Notes under the pieces: generated by a model
The model's database searches: none
What the model was told of the DNA's origin: nothing
What the model saw: the letters and a program-made list of their open reading frames with translations, nothing else
Made by a program: the position numbers and the translations under genes
Source: Schmidtea nova
Lineage: Eukaryota
Assembly (NCBI GenBank): GCA_044892505.1
Contig: CM097884.1
Span: 140,306,001 to 140,370,000 of the forward strand
Direction of reading: 5' to 3'
Length of the DNA stretch: 64,000 bases
Part shown: positions 61,914 to 64,000 of the stretch, one piece after another
Position numbering within the stretch: position 1 is the first letter of the stretch
Layout of the letters: every line of letters begins with the position of its first letter

Positions 61914-62379
61914 TACGGAAAGTCACAACTGTGTATATAAAAGCTTTGTATTTAATTTGTATGTTTTTTTAATTTACTATGCTCAATCTATACTCAAAAA
62001 TGGTTTGTTTGAAGTGTGCTCAAATTTAATTCATTCATTCATAATTTTTTATATTTTAAATTATATAGAAAAAAATAAATAAATATATTATTATAAAATT
62101 CTGGCATTATATTAAGCGTGACAGTTTGCCGGTGGTCGCCTGAGACCTTCTGAAAAAAATAATTTTTACGCGAGTCAGTGGTTCCTTACTATCATTTTAA
62201 ATTTAAGCGATACTTCTACTGACGTACTCTGACTACACTGGGCCAGTGTCACTGGCACTACAGTCACAACACTGATCGACAGATGTCAGGAGCCTATATA
62301 ATTTAATAATTTTAGCCATTTAAATTCTTGCATCTTCAACTCCTTACGAAATTACCTACGTACTTAGTCAAGTAAAATG

Positions 62380-62670
62380 AAATCATATTCTGTTTGCGGC
62401 AAAACAGTGTTTTCAGCTATTATTAAAATTAGTCAAGCACGTGCTTCATATTCTCTAATAATTAGAGAATTAATAAAAATATGGTCCATATAAAATTATA
62501 AAATTAGATTAAATCAGATAATTAGAAGCCAAAACATAGTTATCATAATATTTGGCTGCAAAAATGCTACAACTGAAGTGCAACCCGATTGATTTTATTG
62601 TTTGGGCCGCCACAAATTGGCAAAAATTGTTATCATGGGGTCACAGCACCAGAAAGGTTGGGAACCGCTG
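62380..62670 (+). mobile_element. hAT (Charlie/Buster-type) right end
   Basis: Terminal AAAGGTTGGGAACCGCTG (reverse complement CAGCGGTTCCCAACC), with GGGCCGCCA/GGGGTCAC subterminal motifs. Confidence 0.6.
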
Positions 62671-62944
62671 GTTTAAATGGTTATATGTAACCATTTGTGT
62701 AAACAATAGTAATAAAAGTAATAGTTATGAAAATTTTTCTACTTAATTTAAATTTTCACTTGAAATATTTTTTAACATTTTTATATACTTTATATGGTTT
62801 TGCATAACTTAAATATTCATAAAATGAATTTATAATTGTGACATTATCTAAATTGTTTTTGGCTTTTTTCCCGTGGCTTGGATTCCATAATGTCAGGATG
62901 CTTAAAATAAGTTTAGGAAATTTATCCATTTTTATCCATGTAGT

Positions 62945-64000
62945 AGGGGAAATCATTGTGAGATATCTCGACTATTGATCGGGTTTTCGGACCAGTAAAT
63001 AAATGGAAAACTCGTACCAAAATAAGGATAACAATTTGGTAAAAATCGTTATATATTTTTCACGGGTAACTCGGTTAGATGAAATGGCCGAGAAGCAGAC
63101 GAATAGTTAGGAAATCTGGCCGAGATTAAGGACAGGTAGAAATGTACCGATTAATTGCTCCGTAATTAATATTCACATACCGATAGCAATTTCCTGAAGT
63201 AGCGATGAGAGGAGTCACAGCGCGAATTAACTAATAACCGGCATGGAAATGGGAGAGATTGGTTGTAAATGTAAACCCGACTTAATCTTCTACTGTTATT
63301 ACTTGCAATTAATTACAGATGTCGTACAACATAACCAAATTTTAGGACCGAGGGCGACGAACTCCTTCAAATTATTGAAGCCATACCGACAATCTTTGTC
63401 CACATCAGTAACCCTCCTCCCTGGTTATTAGAAGATTGTACGGAACAACTTTTGCGGTAAATTGAAGAGCAAAACCCGGAGAAGATGCTGAAATGGAACG
63501 AACGAGGCTATACGGAAACATTATTGCACGGAAGTGCCAAGTGGCTAATAAATGTGGATTTAAACGTCTCAGCTTTGCCAACCATTTCAAGCGAACGAAG
63601 AGATTCAAGGAAATAACCTACGAATGAACAATTCCCCATTCGGGATCTCTCGACTTAGGGATATCAGTCACTCCTACTCGATACCTTCGAATCGGTTATT
63701 GATATGTTTATAAAATTGTTATCAGCTAATGAATTGTCGTAGCTTAATTATTGTAGTTGATGATCTTATGTCTGTGTGCTGTATATTTGTGATATTTGAG
63801 TGCAATAGGACTCAATTATGATATAGAAAATACGAGGAAAGAGTATTAGTATATGCTTGCGTAAACAAGATTTATGGGCGATACATAAGAAGGGTAACTG
63901 AAGCGGAGGATTTTAGAATCGGAGAGTACCTTCCAGAAAGTACTACGCGTTACAGAGTTATACAAGACCCCCAAAGTGAATTAGCGGCAGCCCTTATCGA
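62945..64000 (+). mobile_element. Possible LTR-like GC-richer block
   Basis: Purine tract AGGGGAAA followed by TGTGAG and a rise in GC. The other end is not in the window. Confidence 0.25.

Noticed and set aside
60829-61972. Lys-rich and Phe/Leu-rich 330-370 aa ORFs as real proteins
   Set aside because: Absence of T on the plus strand removes stops from all six frames, and module lengths shift frame freely.

Overview
AT-rich (roughly 25% GC by eye) eukaryotic, probably invertebrate, intergenic DNA. I found no recognisable host gene, rRNA, tRNA gene or CRISPR array. Short AT-rich introns with TTTCAG/TTTAG acceptors and a Tc3-like element hint at a nematode-like host, but this is inference only. 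The window is a transposon graveyard interrupted by many N runs: piggyBac remnants and a MITE, hAT remnants and MITEs, Tc1/Tc3/mariner/pogo-type elements, a Penelope-like fragment, several Ty3/Gypsy pieces and one near-intact MULE transposase. Highlights: (1) an endogenous Phenuiviridae-like nucleoprotein at about 21.7-22.5 kb, apparently running to the viral CTTTGTGT segment terminus and sitting inside a dead hAT; (2) a three-level nest of a MULE inside a mini-LTR element inside a degraded Gypsy; (3) a 3-kb array of about 43 x 68-bp units, each carrying a tRNA-Leu primer-binding-site motif; (4) a ubiquitin-like domain directly behind an LTR-end/tRNA-iMet PBS. All protein assignments are motif recognition by eye; no database search was run.
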